Source: Candidatus Rokuibacteriota bacterium
GTDB lineage: Bacteria; Methylomirabilota; Methylomirabilia; Rokubacteriales; CSP1-6
Assembly: GCA_044869815.1 (NCBI GenBank)
Contig: JBIOXS010000023.1
Location: forward strand, 5,672 to 69,671
Direction: 5' to 3'
DNA length: 64,000 bases
Shown here: piece by piece, positions 22,055 to 32,090 of the stretch
Layout of the letters: every line of letters starts with the position of its first letter
Numbering within the stretch: position 1 is the first letter of the stretch
Position numbers and translations under genes: made by a program
Notes under the pieces: generated by a model
Told to the model about the DNA's origin: nothing
Databases searched by the model: none
The model's input: the letters and a program-made list of their open reading frames with translations, nothing else

Positions 22055-23251
22055 ATGCCGACTCGCCGCCTCGGCGCCCGTGCGGGCATGCTGGTCCTGT
22101 GTCTCGCCCTCGCCTCCCCCGCCGTCAGTCAGTCCGCGAAGCTCACGGACCGGCTGGCGTCGAAGGATCCGGCCGTGGCGCGCGCCGCCGTCGACGAAGT
22201 GCTGGGCGACGCCGGCCGCGCCGAGCCGCTCGTGCTGATGCTGGCCGCCTCGCGCCAGCTGGAGCTCGGCTCCAAGGACGACGCCGTCCTCTGGTTCTAT
22301 GCCGGCCAGCTGCGCGCCCGCTATTCGCCGCTGCTCACCGGCGAGCAGAGCCAGCAGGTGACGATCTCCACCGTGACGCTCGGCGAGGCCATCAACGCGC
22401 ATGGCATGCGCGATGTCGTCAGGATGATCGAGCTGATCGCCCGGGCCATGCAGTGGGACGAAAAGACCTACGACGCCTGGGCGAAGGCCAACAAGCTGGA
22501 CCCCGACCGCGCCGATCTGTTGAAGCGCCGGGCCGACGCGCGGGACGGGCTGGTCGCCTTCGCCACCGACCTCAAGGCGAACCGCCAGAAGTACGAAAAG
22601 GCGGCGCGCGAGTACAAGAGTCCCGAGCAGCTCCAGCGCGAGGCCGAGGAGAGCGTCCAGCGTGACTACACGACGGCGCCGCTGGAGCGCGTGGTGGGCG
22701 GCAGGACGCTACGCATCCCCGCCAACTACCTCACCGTGCACGGCCTCACCGCGCGGCCCCGCGAAAGCACGCGCGAGCTCACGCTCGTGCTGTTCCTGCC
22801 GAGGTTCGTGGGCTACACCCTCGAGAACTGGCGCGACCTGAGCGGCAACCGGAACGTCATGTGGGTGCGCCTCAAGCCCGACGCGGGTCCCAGGCCCGAG
22901 GAGCTCATCGAGGCGTTCATCGCCAGCGAGCCGCCGACCACGCAGCGGTTCGGCTCGCTCGCCTATCATTTCGACTCGCGCGCCACGACAGCGCGGCTGC
23001 CCCTCCAAAACGTGTCGACCCATCACGTGATCGCCGGCAAGGGAACGCAGGGAAGTCCGGTGTACCTGATCTGCCAGGCGCCCGACCCCGGCATCAGCAT
23101 CAAGCCGGCGCCGCGGTGCGAGCTCTTCGCCCTCGACGCGACGACGGGGCTGCGCGTGCACGCGCAGTTCTTCCAGGATCACGCCGCGCAGTGGCAAAAG
23201 ATCGAGGCGCACCTGAGCGAGTTCCTGAAGACCTGGGCGACGACCCAGTAG
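22055..23251 (+). CDS. Hypothetical secreted protein
   Basis: Signal peptide, strong GC3 codon bias, WFYAGQLRARY motif. No family recognised. Confidence 0.75.
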   Translation: MPTRRLGARAGMLVLCLALASPAVSQSAKLTDRLASKDPAVARAAVDEVLGDAGRAEPLVLMLAASRQLELGSKDDAVLWFYAGQLRARYSPLLTGEQSQQVTISTVTLGEAINAHGMRDVVRMIELIARAMQWDEKTYDAWAKANKLDPDRADLLKRRADARDGLVAFATDLKANRQKYEKAAREYKSPEQLQREAEESVQRDYTTAPLERVVGGRTLRIPANYLTVHGLTARPRESTRELTLVLFLPRFVGYTLENWRDLSGNRNVMWVRLKPDAGPRPEELIEAFIASEPPTTQRFGSLAYHFDSRATTARLPLQNVSTHHVIAGKGTQGSPVYLICQAPDPGISIKPAPRCELFALDATTGLRVHAQFFQDHAAQWQKIEAHLSEFLKTWATTQ

Positions 23252-23257
23252 GCCGGC

Positions 23258-24649
23258 TCAGCGCGGCTCGGGAGGCTCCGGCCCCTGCTCGGCGCTCTCT
23301 TCCAGCCGTTCGAGCTTGCGCGAGACGGTGCGGACGTCGATCCCCAGCAGCCGGGCCGTGAGCGTCTTGTTGCCCCTGGTGACGCGCAGCGTCTCGTCGA
23401 GCAGGCGCTGCTCGACCTCGGCCAGCGGCGTGCCGATGCGGACCGTCAGCACGCCCTCCGGCAGTGGCGTCGCGCCCGCGATCTCCGGCGGCAGATCGGG
23501 CACGTCGACCTGGGTCCCGCGGGCGAGCACCACGCCGCGCTCGATGACGTTCTCGAGCTCGCGGACGTTGCCAGGCCACGCGTAGGCCTCCAGCCGGCGC
23601 AGCGCGTCGTCGGTCAGCCCCTCCAGCTTGCGATTGTTCTTGGCGGCGTAGAGCCGCAGGAAGTGCTGGGCGAGGACGGGGATGTCCTCACGCCGCTCTC
23701 GAAGCGGCGGGACGTGAACGGTGATCACGTTGAGCCGATAGAAGAGGTCCTCACGGAAGCGCTTGTCCTTCACCATCTGCGCCAGGTCCCGATTGCTGGC
23801 GGCCACCAGCCGCACATCGACGCGGAGCGAGCGCGTCCCGCCGAGGCGCTCGAACTCACCCTCCTGGAGGACTCTGAGGATCTTCGGCTGCGTCACCGTC
23901 GAGAGATCGACCACCTCGTCGAGGAACAGCGTGCCACCGTCGGCGAGCTCGAACCGTCCCTCCTTGCGGCCGGCGGCGCCCGTGAACGCGCCGCGCTCGT
24001 AGCCGAACAGCTCGGATTCGAGCAGCGTCTCAGGCAACGCCGCGCAATTCACCGCCACGAAAGCCTTTGACGCTCTGGTCGAACGCTCGTGAATGGCCCG
24101 CGCCACGAGCTCCTTGCCCGTGCCGCTCTCCCCCTGGATCAGCACGGTCGCGCTCGAGGACGCCACCTGCTCGACGAGCATCATCATCCGGCGGAAGGCG
24201 GGGCTGCCGCCGATGATGGCGCCGTGACGCAGCAGGTCGTCGAGCCGCTGCTGGAGCGCCTTGTTCTTCTCGATGAGGTCGCGTCGCTCGAGGGCCTTGT
24301 CGATGAGCTTCAGCAACTGCTCGCGCCGGAACGGCTTCGTGAGGAAATCGTAGGCGCCGTCCTTCATCGCCTTCACCGCTTCCTCGACGGTGCCGAAGGC
24401 GGTGAGGAGGATGACATCGATGTCGGGAGCGATCGCCTTGGCGGCGCGGAGGAGCTCGAGCCCGGTGAGGCCCGGCATCTTGAGATCGGTGACGATGAGG
24501 TCGACGCCGCCCCCCTGCAAGCGCTCAAGCGCCGCCTGCCCGTCCGGCGCGAGCACGACCCGATAGCCCTCCCGCGAGAGCGTGCGCTCGAGGCTCTCGC
24601 GCAGGCCCGGGTCGTCGTCGGCGACGAGGAGCGTGCGATCGCTAGACAT
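23258..24649 (-). CDS. NtrC/AtoC-family sigma54 response regulator
   Basis: Intact receiver (VADDD, TDLKMPG, TKP), GESGTGKE, GAFTGA, HTH. Confidence 0.95.
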   Translation of the reverse strand: MSSDRTLLVADDDPGLRESLERTLSREGYRVVLAPDGQAALERLQGGGVDLIVTDLKMPGLTGLELLRAAKAIAPDIDVILLTAFGTVEEAVKAMKDGAYDFLTKPFRREQLLKLIDKALERRDLIEKNKALQQRLDDLLRHGAIIGGSPAFRRMMMLVEQVASSSATVLIQGESGTGKELVARAIHERSTRASKAFVAVNCAALPETLLESELFGYERGAFTGAAGRKEGRFELADGGTLFLDEVVDLSTVTQPKILRVLQEGEFERLGGTRSLRVDVRLVAASNRDLAQMVKDKRFREDLFYRLNVITVHVPPLRERREDIPVLAQHFLRLYAAKNNRKLEGLTDDALRRLEAYAWPGNVRELENVIERGVVLARGTQVDVPDLPPEIAGATPLPEGVLTVRIGTPLAEVEQRLLDETLRVTRGNKTLTARLLGIDVRTVSRKLERLEESAEQGPEPPEPR

Positions 24650-25940
24650 GCTCGGCCGATCTCGTGCTCGGCAGGCGAATGGTGAAGACGGCGCCACCGC
24701 CCGGCCGGTTGGCCCAGACCAGATCGCCGCCATGCTCCTCGATGATCTGCCGCGCGATCGACAGCCCCAGTCCGGTCCCCTGCGGCTTCGTCGTGAAGAA
24801 CTGCTCGAAGAGGCGCTCGCCCACCGCGGCCGCGATGCCGGGCCCGGTGTCGGCGACGATGATCTCGACGCCCTGCTCGGTGGCCCGGCTGCCGATGGTG
24901 AGCTCGCCGCCGCGGGAGAGCGCTTCGAGACCGTTCTTCACGAGATTCAGGATGGCCTGCCGCAGCAGCGTCCGGTCGATCTCCAGCATCGGGACGGCCG
25001 GATCCGTCTCCACGCGCATGGTCAGTCCCTGACGCTCCGCCACCGGGCGCACGAACTCCGCCAGCTCGTGCACGAGATGGTTCACCGACTCTTCCTCGAA
25101 GTGCGCCTTGGGGAAGCGAGCGAAGGCAAGGTACTCCTCGGTGAGGGCATCGAGCGTGTTCACCTGATCGCGGATGGCGGCGACGAGGGTGCCGGCATCG
25201 TCCATGTTCACGCCCGGTCGTCCACGCACGATGTCCTCGAGCATCTCCGCGTTGAGCTCGATGGCGCTGATCGGGTTACGGACCTCGTGCGCGACCTTCA
25301 AGGACAGTCGGCCGACGGTGGCCATCCGCTCGGAGACCAGGAGCTCCTGCTGGGCCGCCTGCAGGCGGCTCAGCGTCCCCGTGAGCTCGTCGTTGAGCCG
25401 CTCGACCTCGCCGCGCGCCCGCCGCTCGCGGTCGGCCACCAGGCCCACGGTGACCGCGGGCAATCCGAACAGGACCACGAGGAGCGTCACGCCGGTCCAG
25501 CCGATCCACGGGGGCGCCAGCGAGGCGGCGGCGGCCATGAGCCCGCCCGCCGCCAGCGCGGTGGTGAACGCGATCCACGGACCGAAGTAGTAGGCGTTGA
25601 CGGCGACGAGCGGGAAGAACAGCAGGTAGTAGAGACTGTTGCCGCCGCCGGTCAGGAACACGAGCACGAAGACGAGCAGCAGGTCGATGGCCAGCGCGCC
25701 GAGGAAGATCGACCGCGTCGCCCGCGGGTGCACGGTGACGAGGGCGAAGATACCGACCTTGTACAGCGCGAACCACACGACGAGCGAGTAGAGGTCGATG
25801 CGGAAGCGCGGGCTCAGCGGCACGAGCCCGAGGGTGGCCAGGCCGCCCACCATCGCCACCGCGAGGAGGACGGCGAAGACGCGCTCATCCCGCTCGAGCA
25901 GCCGGAAGATCGCGTGCCACGGCTTGCGGACGGGCATCAT
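24642..25940 (-). CDS. Membrane sensor histidine kinase
   Basis: Several TM helices, VAHEVRNP H-box, NLVKNG, DTGPG, FFTTK..GTGLGL. Confidence 0.95.
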   Translation of the reverse strand: MMPVRKPWHAIFRLLERDERVFAVLLAVAMVGGLATLGLVPLSPRFRIDLYSLVVWFALYKVGIFALVTVHPRATRSIFLGALAIDLLLVFVLVFLTGGGNSLYYLLFFPLVAVNAYYFGPWIAFTTALAAGGLMAAAASLAPPWIGWTGVTLLVVLFGLPAVTVGLVADRERRARGEVERLNDELTGTLSRLQAAQQELLVSERMATVGRLSLKVAHEVRNPISAIELNAEMLEDIVRGRPGVNMDDAGTLVAAIRDQVNTLDALTEEYLAFARFPKAHFEEESVNHLVHELAEFVRPVAERQGLTMRVETDPAVPMLEIDRTLLRQAILNLVKNGLEALSRGGELTIGSRATEQGVEIIVADTGPGIAAAVGERLFEQFFTTKPQGTGLGLSIARQIIEEHGGDLVWANRPGGGAVFTIRLPSTRSAEHV

Positions 25941-25950
25941 CGCTCTGCTG

Positions 25951-26574
25951 TTATAGCACGCTGTCTTCGCCGGCCTCGCCGCCGAGCGTCTCGCGGTTCT
26001 TCTGCCACACGAGGCGCATCAGCCACGCGGCCACGGCCACGAAGCCGAGGAGGATGAGCCAGCGCTCCACCCGGTGGACGTCCTCGAGGATCGCCTGCAG
26101 CTGGTCGGTGAAGAAGTAGGCGAGACCGAACGAGACCGGCACGCCGACGCAGGCCGCCGCCGCGTCGACGAGGAAGAACTTCCAGAACGGCAGCCGCACG
26201 ATACCGGCCGTGAGGAACGCCGCCGCCCGCAGTCCCATCACGTGGCGGGCGACGAGCACGATCTTGACCCCGTGGCGCCGGTAGCCCTCCGCGAGCCGAT
26301 GCTCGCGGGCCTCGCTGAGCACCCTGCGCACGAGGCGCCAGCGGAGCAGCCGGTCGCCCCAGTGGTGACCAGCCGAGTAGAGGAGCACGTCACCGATGAT
26401 GACGCCCGCGATGCAGAGCCCGAGCCCCATCCACCATCGGATGACACCCTCGCGTGCAAGCGCGCCGGCGGCCATCACCGGAAGCTCCTCGGGAATGGGC
26501 GCACCCAGTCCGCCCAGCAGCAAGACGAGGAAGATGCCCCCATAGGTGAAGTGCTCGATGAATTCCTGGATCAC
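25951..26574 (-). CDS. DedA family membrane protein
   Basis: GAPIPEEL, IGDVLLYSAG, VARHVMGLR, AGIVRLPFWKF. Confidence 0.9.
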   Translation of the reverse strand: MIQEFIEHFTYGGIFLVLLLGGLGAPIPEELPVMAAGALAREGVIRWWMGLGLCIAGVIIGDVLLYSAGHHWGDRLLRWRLVRRVLSEAREHRLAEGYRRHGVKIVLVARHVMGLRAAAFLTAGIVRLPFWKFFLVDAAAACVGVPVSFGLAYFFTDQLQAILEDVHRVERWLILLGFVAVAAWLMRLVWQKNRETLGGEAGEDSVL

Positions 26575-26713
26575 GCATGTATACTTTACCTGTCTGGTGC
26601 GCGTGGTCGCCGGTTCGCCGTGAACCCGCTCCCCCGTCAGGCCGCGTCCCGGTTCTCCTTCCGAGTTCAGGGATCGTGCGAGGCATTCGGAAGGCCACAA
26701 GGAGCCCTCCACC

Positions 26714-27061
26714 ATGGCGGTCAAACTCTTCGTCGGCGGACTCTCTTTCTCCACCTCGACCGATCGACTCCGCGAGGCGTTCGCCGCCTGCGGCAACGTT
26801 GAGTCGGCCAGCGTTGTGACCGACCGCGACACGGGCCGCTCGCGCGGCTTTGGGTTCGTCGAGATGGCGACGCCAGAGGAGGCGGAGTCCGCGATCAGCA
26901 AGCTGAACGGGACGAGCCTCGACGGTCGGACCATCCAGGTCGAGAAGGCGAAGGCCCCCGGCGCCGGCGGCGGTGGCCGTCCCGGCGGCGGTGGCCGCGG
27001 CGGGTTCGGCGGCGGCCGGCCGGGCGGCGGTGGCGGCGGCGGACGCGGCGGCCGCTGGTAG
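26714..27061 (+). CDS. RRM RNA-binding protein with Gly/Arg tail
   Basis: KLFVGGL (RNP2) and RSRGFGFVEM (RNP1). AAGGAG SD. Confidence 0.95.
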   Translation: MAVKLFVGGLSFSTSTDRLREAFAACGNVESASVVTDRDTGRSRGFGFVEMATPEEAESAISKLNGTSLDGRTIQVEKAKAPGAGGGGRPGGGGRGGFGGGRPGGGGGGGRGGRW

Positions 27062-28170
27062 CAGCCGGCTTCACTGTTCTCCATACCGAGGCCTCGCTCG
27101 GCTTCGGTGGGCAGGAAATCAGGATCCTCGCCGAGTCGCGCTGGCTCGGCGAGCACGGCATCCATGCGCTGGTGGCCGCCCAGCCGGGCAGCCGGCTGCT
27201 GAGCGAAGCCGAGCGCGCCGGGATTCCGGCGCTGTCGCTGCGAATGCGGGGCGCCTGGGATATCGCGGCGATGCTCGCCCTGCGCACGCTCGCGCGCGGC
27301 CGCGCCGTCGACGTCGTTCACACGCATAGCTCGATCGATTCGTGGGTGGCCGGTCTGGCGGCCCGCTCGTTGGGACTGGCCGTCGTCCGGAGCCGGCACG
27401 TCTCCATCCCGATTCCGCGCCGCCGCGCGCGCGTATATCGCCTCGCTCATTGCATCATCACGAGCGGCGAGGCGGTGGCCCGCATCGTGGAGGCCGCCGG
27501 CGTGCCGCGCCGGCGGATCGCGGCCATCGGCCCCGGCATCGATACCGCGCGGTTCCATCCGGGCGTCTCCGGCGAGGCGGTGCGCGCCGAGCTCGGGCTC
27601 CGGGGCCCCGCGGTGGGGCTCGTCGCCAACATTCGCGGCTCGAAGGGGCATCGCTATTTCCTCGAGGCCGCGTGTGACGTCCGGCGCCGTCATCCCGACG
27701 CGCGCTTCCTCGTCGTCGGCGACGGCATCGGCTTCCCGGACGTGCGGCGCCGTGTCGCCGAGCTCGGCCTCGACGAGTGCGTGATCATGACGGGCTTCCG
27801 GCGCGACGTCCCCGAGGTCATGGCCGCCCTCGACGTGCTGGTGCTGCCATCGGTGAAGTCCGAGGCGATGTCGCAGGTGATTCCGCAGGCGCTCGCCGTC
27901 GGCACCCCGGTGGTCGGCACCGCCGTGGGCGGCACCCCGGAGCTCGTACGGGACGGCGAGACCGGCCGGCTCGTCCCGCCCGCCGCCGCGCCGGCGCTGG
28001 CCGCCGCCATCACCGACCTGCTCGCGGCGCCGGCGCGCGCGCGCGAGCTGGCCCGCCGCGGTCAGGCCGAGGTGCTCGCGCACCACTCGATGGAGGCAGC
28101 GATGGCGCGGACGGTGGCCGTCTACGACTCGGCACGGGCGGCGGCCGCCGGGCCCCGCTCTTGCGTCTAG
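27055..28170 (+). CDS. Glycosyltransferase family 4, start probably non-canonical
   Basis: In-frame VLHTEASLGFGGQEIRIL lies upstream of the first GTG (27172). Also HTHSSIDSW and LPSVKSEAMSQVIPQA. Confidence 0.88.
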   Translation: MVAAGFTVLHTEASLGFGGQEIRILAESRWLGEHGIHALVAAQPGSRLLSEAERAGIPALSLRMRGAWDIAAMLALRTLARGRAVDVVHTHSSIDSWVAGLAARSLGLAVVRSRHVSIPIPRRRARVYRLAHCIITSGEAVARIVEAAGVPRRRIAAIGPGIDTARFHPGVSGEAVRAELGLRGPAVGLVANIRGSKGHRYFLEAACDVRRRHPDARFLVVGDGIGFPDVRRRVAELGLDECVIMTGFRRDVPEVMAALDVLVLPSVKSEAMSQVIPQALAVGTPVVGTAVGGTPELVRDGETGRLVPPAAAPALAAAITDLLAAPARARELARRGQAEVLAHHSMEAAMARTVAVYDSARAAAAGPRSCV

Positions 28171-28221
28171 CCGGAGCCCGCGACGGGCTCGGCCGCGCGC
28201 GCGTGTGTTACGATCCCGCGC

Positions 28222-29415
28222 ATGCTCGACGGCGTTCGCGTCCTCGACCTCTCGCGCGTCATCGCCGGTCCGTACTGCGCGACGCTGCTCGGCGATCTCG
28301 GTGCGGATGTGATCAAGCTCGAGCGTCCGGGCCGGGGCGACGACCTGCGCTCGTGGCGCGGCGCCGGGATGAGCGCAGCCTTCGCCGCCATCAACCGCAA
28401 CAAGCGGGGAATCGCCGTCGAGCTGCAGCATCCCGAAGGCGCGCGGCTCGCGTTCGCGCTGGCGCAACGCGCCGACGTCGTCATCGAGAATTTCCTGCCC
28501 GGCGTGGCGGAGCGCCTGGGGCTCGGCTACACGGCGGTGCGCGCCGTCAACCCGAGCGTCGTGTATGCCTCGGTCAGCGGCTTCGGACAGACCGGACCGT
28601 ACGCGAAGCGTCCGGGCTACAACACGATCGCCCAGGGCATGAGCGGCCTCATGGGGCTCACCGGCATGGCGGGGCATCCGCCGACCAGGGTCGGCGGCTC
28701 GGTCTCCGACCTCGCGGCGGCGCTCTGTGCCTTCGGGACCGTCAACGCCGCCCTCGTCCATCGCTTCCGGACCGGTGTCGGGCAGTACCTCGACGTCAAC
28801 CTCGTCGCCTCCACGCTGACGCTGCTGCCGGACCCGGTCGCGCATTACTTCGATTCGGGCGTGCGACCCAAGCGCGTGGGCAACCGGAACGCGAACCTGA
28901 CGCCGGCCGAGGCGTACCCCACCAAGGACGGCATGATCCAGGTCGTGATGATGAACCCGGATCAGTACGAGCGCTTCTGCCGCGCGCTGGGCGACGACGC
29001 GCTCGCCGGCGATCCGCGCTTCGCGACGAACGACGCGCGGCTCGCGAACTACGACGAGTTCCGCACGCGGGTCGAGCGTGCGCTGGCGACGGGCACCGCC
29101 GCGGACTGGCAGGAGCGCTTCGAGCGCGCGCAGATCGCGGCGGGACCGGTGTACGAGTTCGACGAGGTCTTCACCGATCCTCAGATCAAGCACCTCGGAC
29201 TGATCGCCGAGGTCGAGCAACCGGGCTACGGCACGGCACGCATGCTCGGCTTCCCCGTCCGCGCCTCCGCCACCCCGGCCGCCATCCGCCGGCCGGCGCC
29301 GCTCCTCGGCGAGCACACCGCGGAGATCCTCGGCGAGATCGGCATCACCGCGCAGGAGATCGACCGCCTCGTCGCCGTCGGCGCGGTCGCGCTGGTCGCC
29401 GAAGCGAAACGCTGA
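28222..29415 (+). CDS. CaiB/BaiF family III CoA-transferase
   Basis: LDGVRVLDLSRVIAGPY, LGADVIKLE, NRNKR, ADVVIENF, APLLGEHT. Confidence 0.95.
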   Translation: MLDGVRVLDLSRVIAGPYCATLLGDLGADVIKLERPGRGDDLRSWRGAGMSAAFAAINRNKRGIAVELQHPEGARLAFALAQRADVVIENFLPGVAERLGLGYTAVRAVNPSVVYASVSGFGQTGPYAKRPGYNTIAQGMSGLMGLTGMAGHPPTRVGGSVSDLAAALCAFGTVNAALVHRFRTGVGQYLDVNLVASTLTLLPDPVAHYFDSGVRPKRVGNRNANLTPAEAYPTKDGMIQVVMMNPDQYERFCRALGDDALAGDPRFATNDARLANYDEFRTRVERALATGTAADWQERFERAQIAAGPVYEFDEVFTDPQIKHLGLIAEVEQPGYGTARMLGFPVRASATPAAIRRPAPLLGEHTAEILGEIGITAQEIDRLVAVGAVALVAEAKR

Positions 29416-29457
29416 ACCCGGTCCCGGCGCGCTCGCCTCACCCGCTACAATAACTTC

Positions 29458-31173
29458 ATGATCGTGCACGTCTTCGCGTGCGACTACGACGGAACCATCG
29501 CCGCCTTCGGTCAGGTCGCCGGGGCGACGGCGCATTCGCTGGCGCGCGTGCGCGAGTCGGGGCGCAAGCTCTTGCTGGTGACGGGGCGGATGCTGCCGGA
29601 CCTGCGCTCGGTGTGTCCGGACGCCGACCGGATGTTCGACGCGGTGGTGGCCGAGAACGGCGCCGTGCTGTACTTTCCCGGCTCCCGTGAGACGAAGGTG
29701 CTCGGCGATCCGCCGGAGGAAGCGCTGCTCGAGGCGCTCCGACAACGCCGCGTGCGGTTCGACGTCGGCACGTCAATCATCGCCACCGACGAGCCGTTCG
29801 CCGAGGCCGCGGTGGCGGCGATCCGCCAGACGGGCGTCGAGCGCACGCTCGTCTTCAACAAGGGCGCCTTGATGCTGCTCCCGGGCGGCATCACCAAGGG
29901 CACGGGACTGGAGGCGGCGCTGGCGGCCTTGGAGCTGTCGGCCCACAACACCGTCTGCATCGGTGACGCCGAGAACGATCACGTGTTCCTGGCGATGTCG
30001 GAGTGCGGCGTGGCGGTGGCCAACGCCATTCCCGCTCTCAAGGAGCGCGCCGACCACGTCACCCGTGCCGCCGACGGCCAGGGCGTGATCGAGTTCATCG
30101 ACGAGCACCTCGTCAACGACTGCGTCGACCTCATTCCGCGTCTTCCGCGTCACCGCCTGCCGATCGGCGAGACGGCGGAGGGCGAGCCGGTGGCGCTGCC
30201 CGCCCACGGCACCCGCCTGCTGATCGTGGGGCCGTCAGGCAGCGGCAAGACCACCCTCACCGGCGCTCTCATCGAACGTATCGTGGATACCGGTCGCTCG
30301 ACGCTCCTGATCGATCCGGAGGGCGACTATCAGACGCTCTCCGATCTCGAGTCCGTGGTGGTGCTCGGCGGAACCGGCGAGCGCGCGCTGCCGACGCCGG
30401 ACGAGGTCCACCAGCTGCTGCGCCGTCCGACGAGCAGTCTCGTCCTCAACCTCAGCGCGATGACGCGCGCCGAAAAGGTCGGCTACACGACCAAGGTCCT
30501 CGGAGTGGTGGCCGCCGTGCGGTCGACGTCCGGCGTGCCGCACTGGGTCATCCTCGACGAGGCGCATCAGGTGCTGCCGGCCGAAGGCTCGCCGGGCGTC
30601 GAGCTGCTGCGGGCGGGACCCGAGGCGTTCTGCATGATCACGCTCGTGATCGAGGATCTGGCGCCGGAGGCGCGCGCGCTGCCGACGGCGGTCGCCTCGA
30701 CGGAGCTCGGCGCCTTCGCGGCGGCGCTGACCGCCTCGCGGAACGGCGCCGTGCCCACGGCGATCCCCGGCGGGCATCTGGACCGTGGCGAGGCCGCGCT
30801 GGCGTGGCTCGACGAGCGGCCGCGCGCCGTGCGTTTCCGGGTGGCCCGTCGGCGCGTCCAGCACCGGCGGCACGTACGAAAGTATACGGAGGGCGAGCTT
30901 CCCCCCGAGCGCAGCTTCTTCTTTCGCGGGCCGAACGGCGCGCTCAACCTCCGCGCCGTGAACCTCACCCGCTTCGTCGAGCTGGCGGACGGCGTGGACG
31001 AGGCGACGTGGGCGCACCACCTGGCGCGCGGGGAATACTCCAGCTGGGTGCGCGACATGATCAAGGATCCCGAGCTCGGCACGCAGCTCGCCGCGCTCGA
31101 GGCCGCCGGCGACACGCCTGCCGAGTCACGCCGCCGGGTGCTGGGAGCGATCCGCGCCCGCTACGCCGTCTGA
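29458..31173 (+). CDS. HAD-IIB hydrolase fused to P-loop ATPase domain
   Basis: ACDYDGT, VTGR, GDAEND, then GPSGSGKTT, IDPEGDY and ILDEAH. Confidence 0.9.
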   Translation: MIVHVFACDYDGTIAAFGQVAGATAHSLARVRESGRKLLLVTGRMLPDLRSVCPDADRMFDAVVAENGAVLYFPGSRETKVLGDPPEEALLEALRQRRVRFDVGTSIIATDEPFAEAAVAAIRQTGVERTLVFNKGALMLLPGGITKGTGLEAALAALELSAHNTVCIGDAENDHVFLAMSECGVAVANAIPALKERADHVTRAADGQGVIEFIDEHLVNDCVDLIPRLPRHRLPIGETAEGEPVALPAHGTRLLIVGPSGSGKTTLTGALIERIVDTGRSTLLIDPEGDYQTLSDLESVVVLGGTGERALPTPDEVHQLLRRPTSSLVLNLSAMTRAEKVGYTTKVLGVVAAVRSTSGVPHWVILDEAHQVLPAEGSPGVELLRAGPEAFCMITLVIEDLAPEARALPTAVASTELGAFAAALTASRNGAVPTAIPGGHLDRGEAALAWLDERPRAVRFRVARRRVQHRRHVRKYTEGELPPERSFFFRGPNGALNLRAVNLTRFVELADGVDEATWAHHLARGEYSSWVRDMIKDPELGTQLAALEAAGDTPAESRRRVLGAIRARYAV

Positions 31174-32090
31174 CCGACCCAGCGCACCTCGTCGGGCGCC
31201 TTGTCGTCGCGCAGGCCGAGGAAGACCGGGTGGCGGAGACGGCCGTCGCCCGTCCGCTCCATGAAGCCGACCTGCGCCACCAGCCGCGGCTCGAGCCACG
31301 TCACGCTCCGCTCGCGTGGCGCATCCACGAACGGCGGCGTCGCGCGCGCGAGGGCGCGGAACCGGCGGGCGAGGTCCGCCAGCGTCGTCGCCGTGAAGCC
31401 GGTGCCGACCTTGCCGGCGTACCGCAGGCGGTCGCCGTCGAACGCCCCGACGAGGATCGCGCCGAAGTGCGCGCGCGCGCCGGCCGGCGCCGTGTAGCCG
31501 CCGATCACGAACTCCTCCTCGGCCCGGACCTTCACCTTGCGCCACGCCATCGAGCGCTTGCCCGTCTCGTACGGCGAGGCCTCATCCTTGGCCACGATCC
31601 CCTCGAGCCCGCGCTCGCGCGCGAGCTCGAAGGCCGCGAAGCCGTCCGCTGCCAGCCGCCGCGCCAGTCGCAGCGGCCCTGCCGCCGTGACTTCCCTCTG
31701 CAAGGCCGCCCGGCGCTCGACCAGCGGCCGGCCGCGGAGGTCCTGTCCGCGCGCGAAGAGGAGGTCGAAGACCACGTAGACCGGCTTGCGACGCGTGTCG
31801 GCGCCGAAGAGCTGGAAGCGCGAGACACCGCCGGCGTCGAAGACGACGATCTCGCCGTCCAGCACCAGCGTCGGTGCCGACAGCCGCGCGATCGCCGCCG
31901 CGATGTCCGGAAAGTCCGCCGTGCGATCGATCAGGTTGCGAGTGACCAGCTGCACGCGGCCGCCGTCCTTGGTGGCGATGATCCGGATGCCGTCGTACTT
32001 CTCCTCGTAGAGCCAACCGGGCTCGTGGAAGGGCGCATCCACCAGCGTCGCCAGCATCGGCCGAACGCCGACCGGGACGCGCGCGCTCAC
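31161..32090 (-). CDS. ligD: LigD ligase domain (NHEJ), stand-alone
   Basis: PMLATL, EEKYDGIR, LDGEIV, EGIVAK, WRKVK, GKVGTGF, LRHPVFLGLRDDK. Confidence 0.9.
   Translation of the reverse strand: MSARVPVGVRPMLATLVDAPFHEPGWLYEEKYDGIRIIATKDGGRVQLVTRNLIDRTADFPDIAAAIARLSAPTLVLDGEIVVFDAGGVSRFQLFGADTRRKPVYVVFDLLFARGQDLRGRPLVERRAALQREVTAAGPLRLARRLAADGFAAFELARERGLEGIVAKDEASPYETGKRSMAWRKVKVRAEEEFVIGGYTAPAGARAHFGAILVGAFDGDRLRYAGKVGTGFTATTLADLARRFRALARATPPFVDAPRERSVTWLEPRLVAQVGFMERTGDGRLRHPVFLGLRDDKAPDEVRWVGQTA

Noticed and set aside
25951-29745. 1264-aa minus-strand ORF
   Set aside because: Only the last ~207 aa (DedA) are real. The rest is the stop-poor antisense shadow of the RRM, GT4 and CoA-transferase genes in high-GC DNA.
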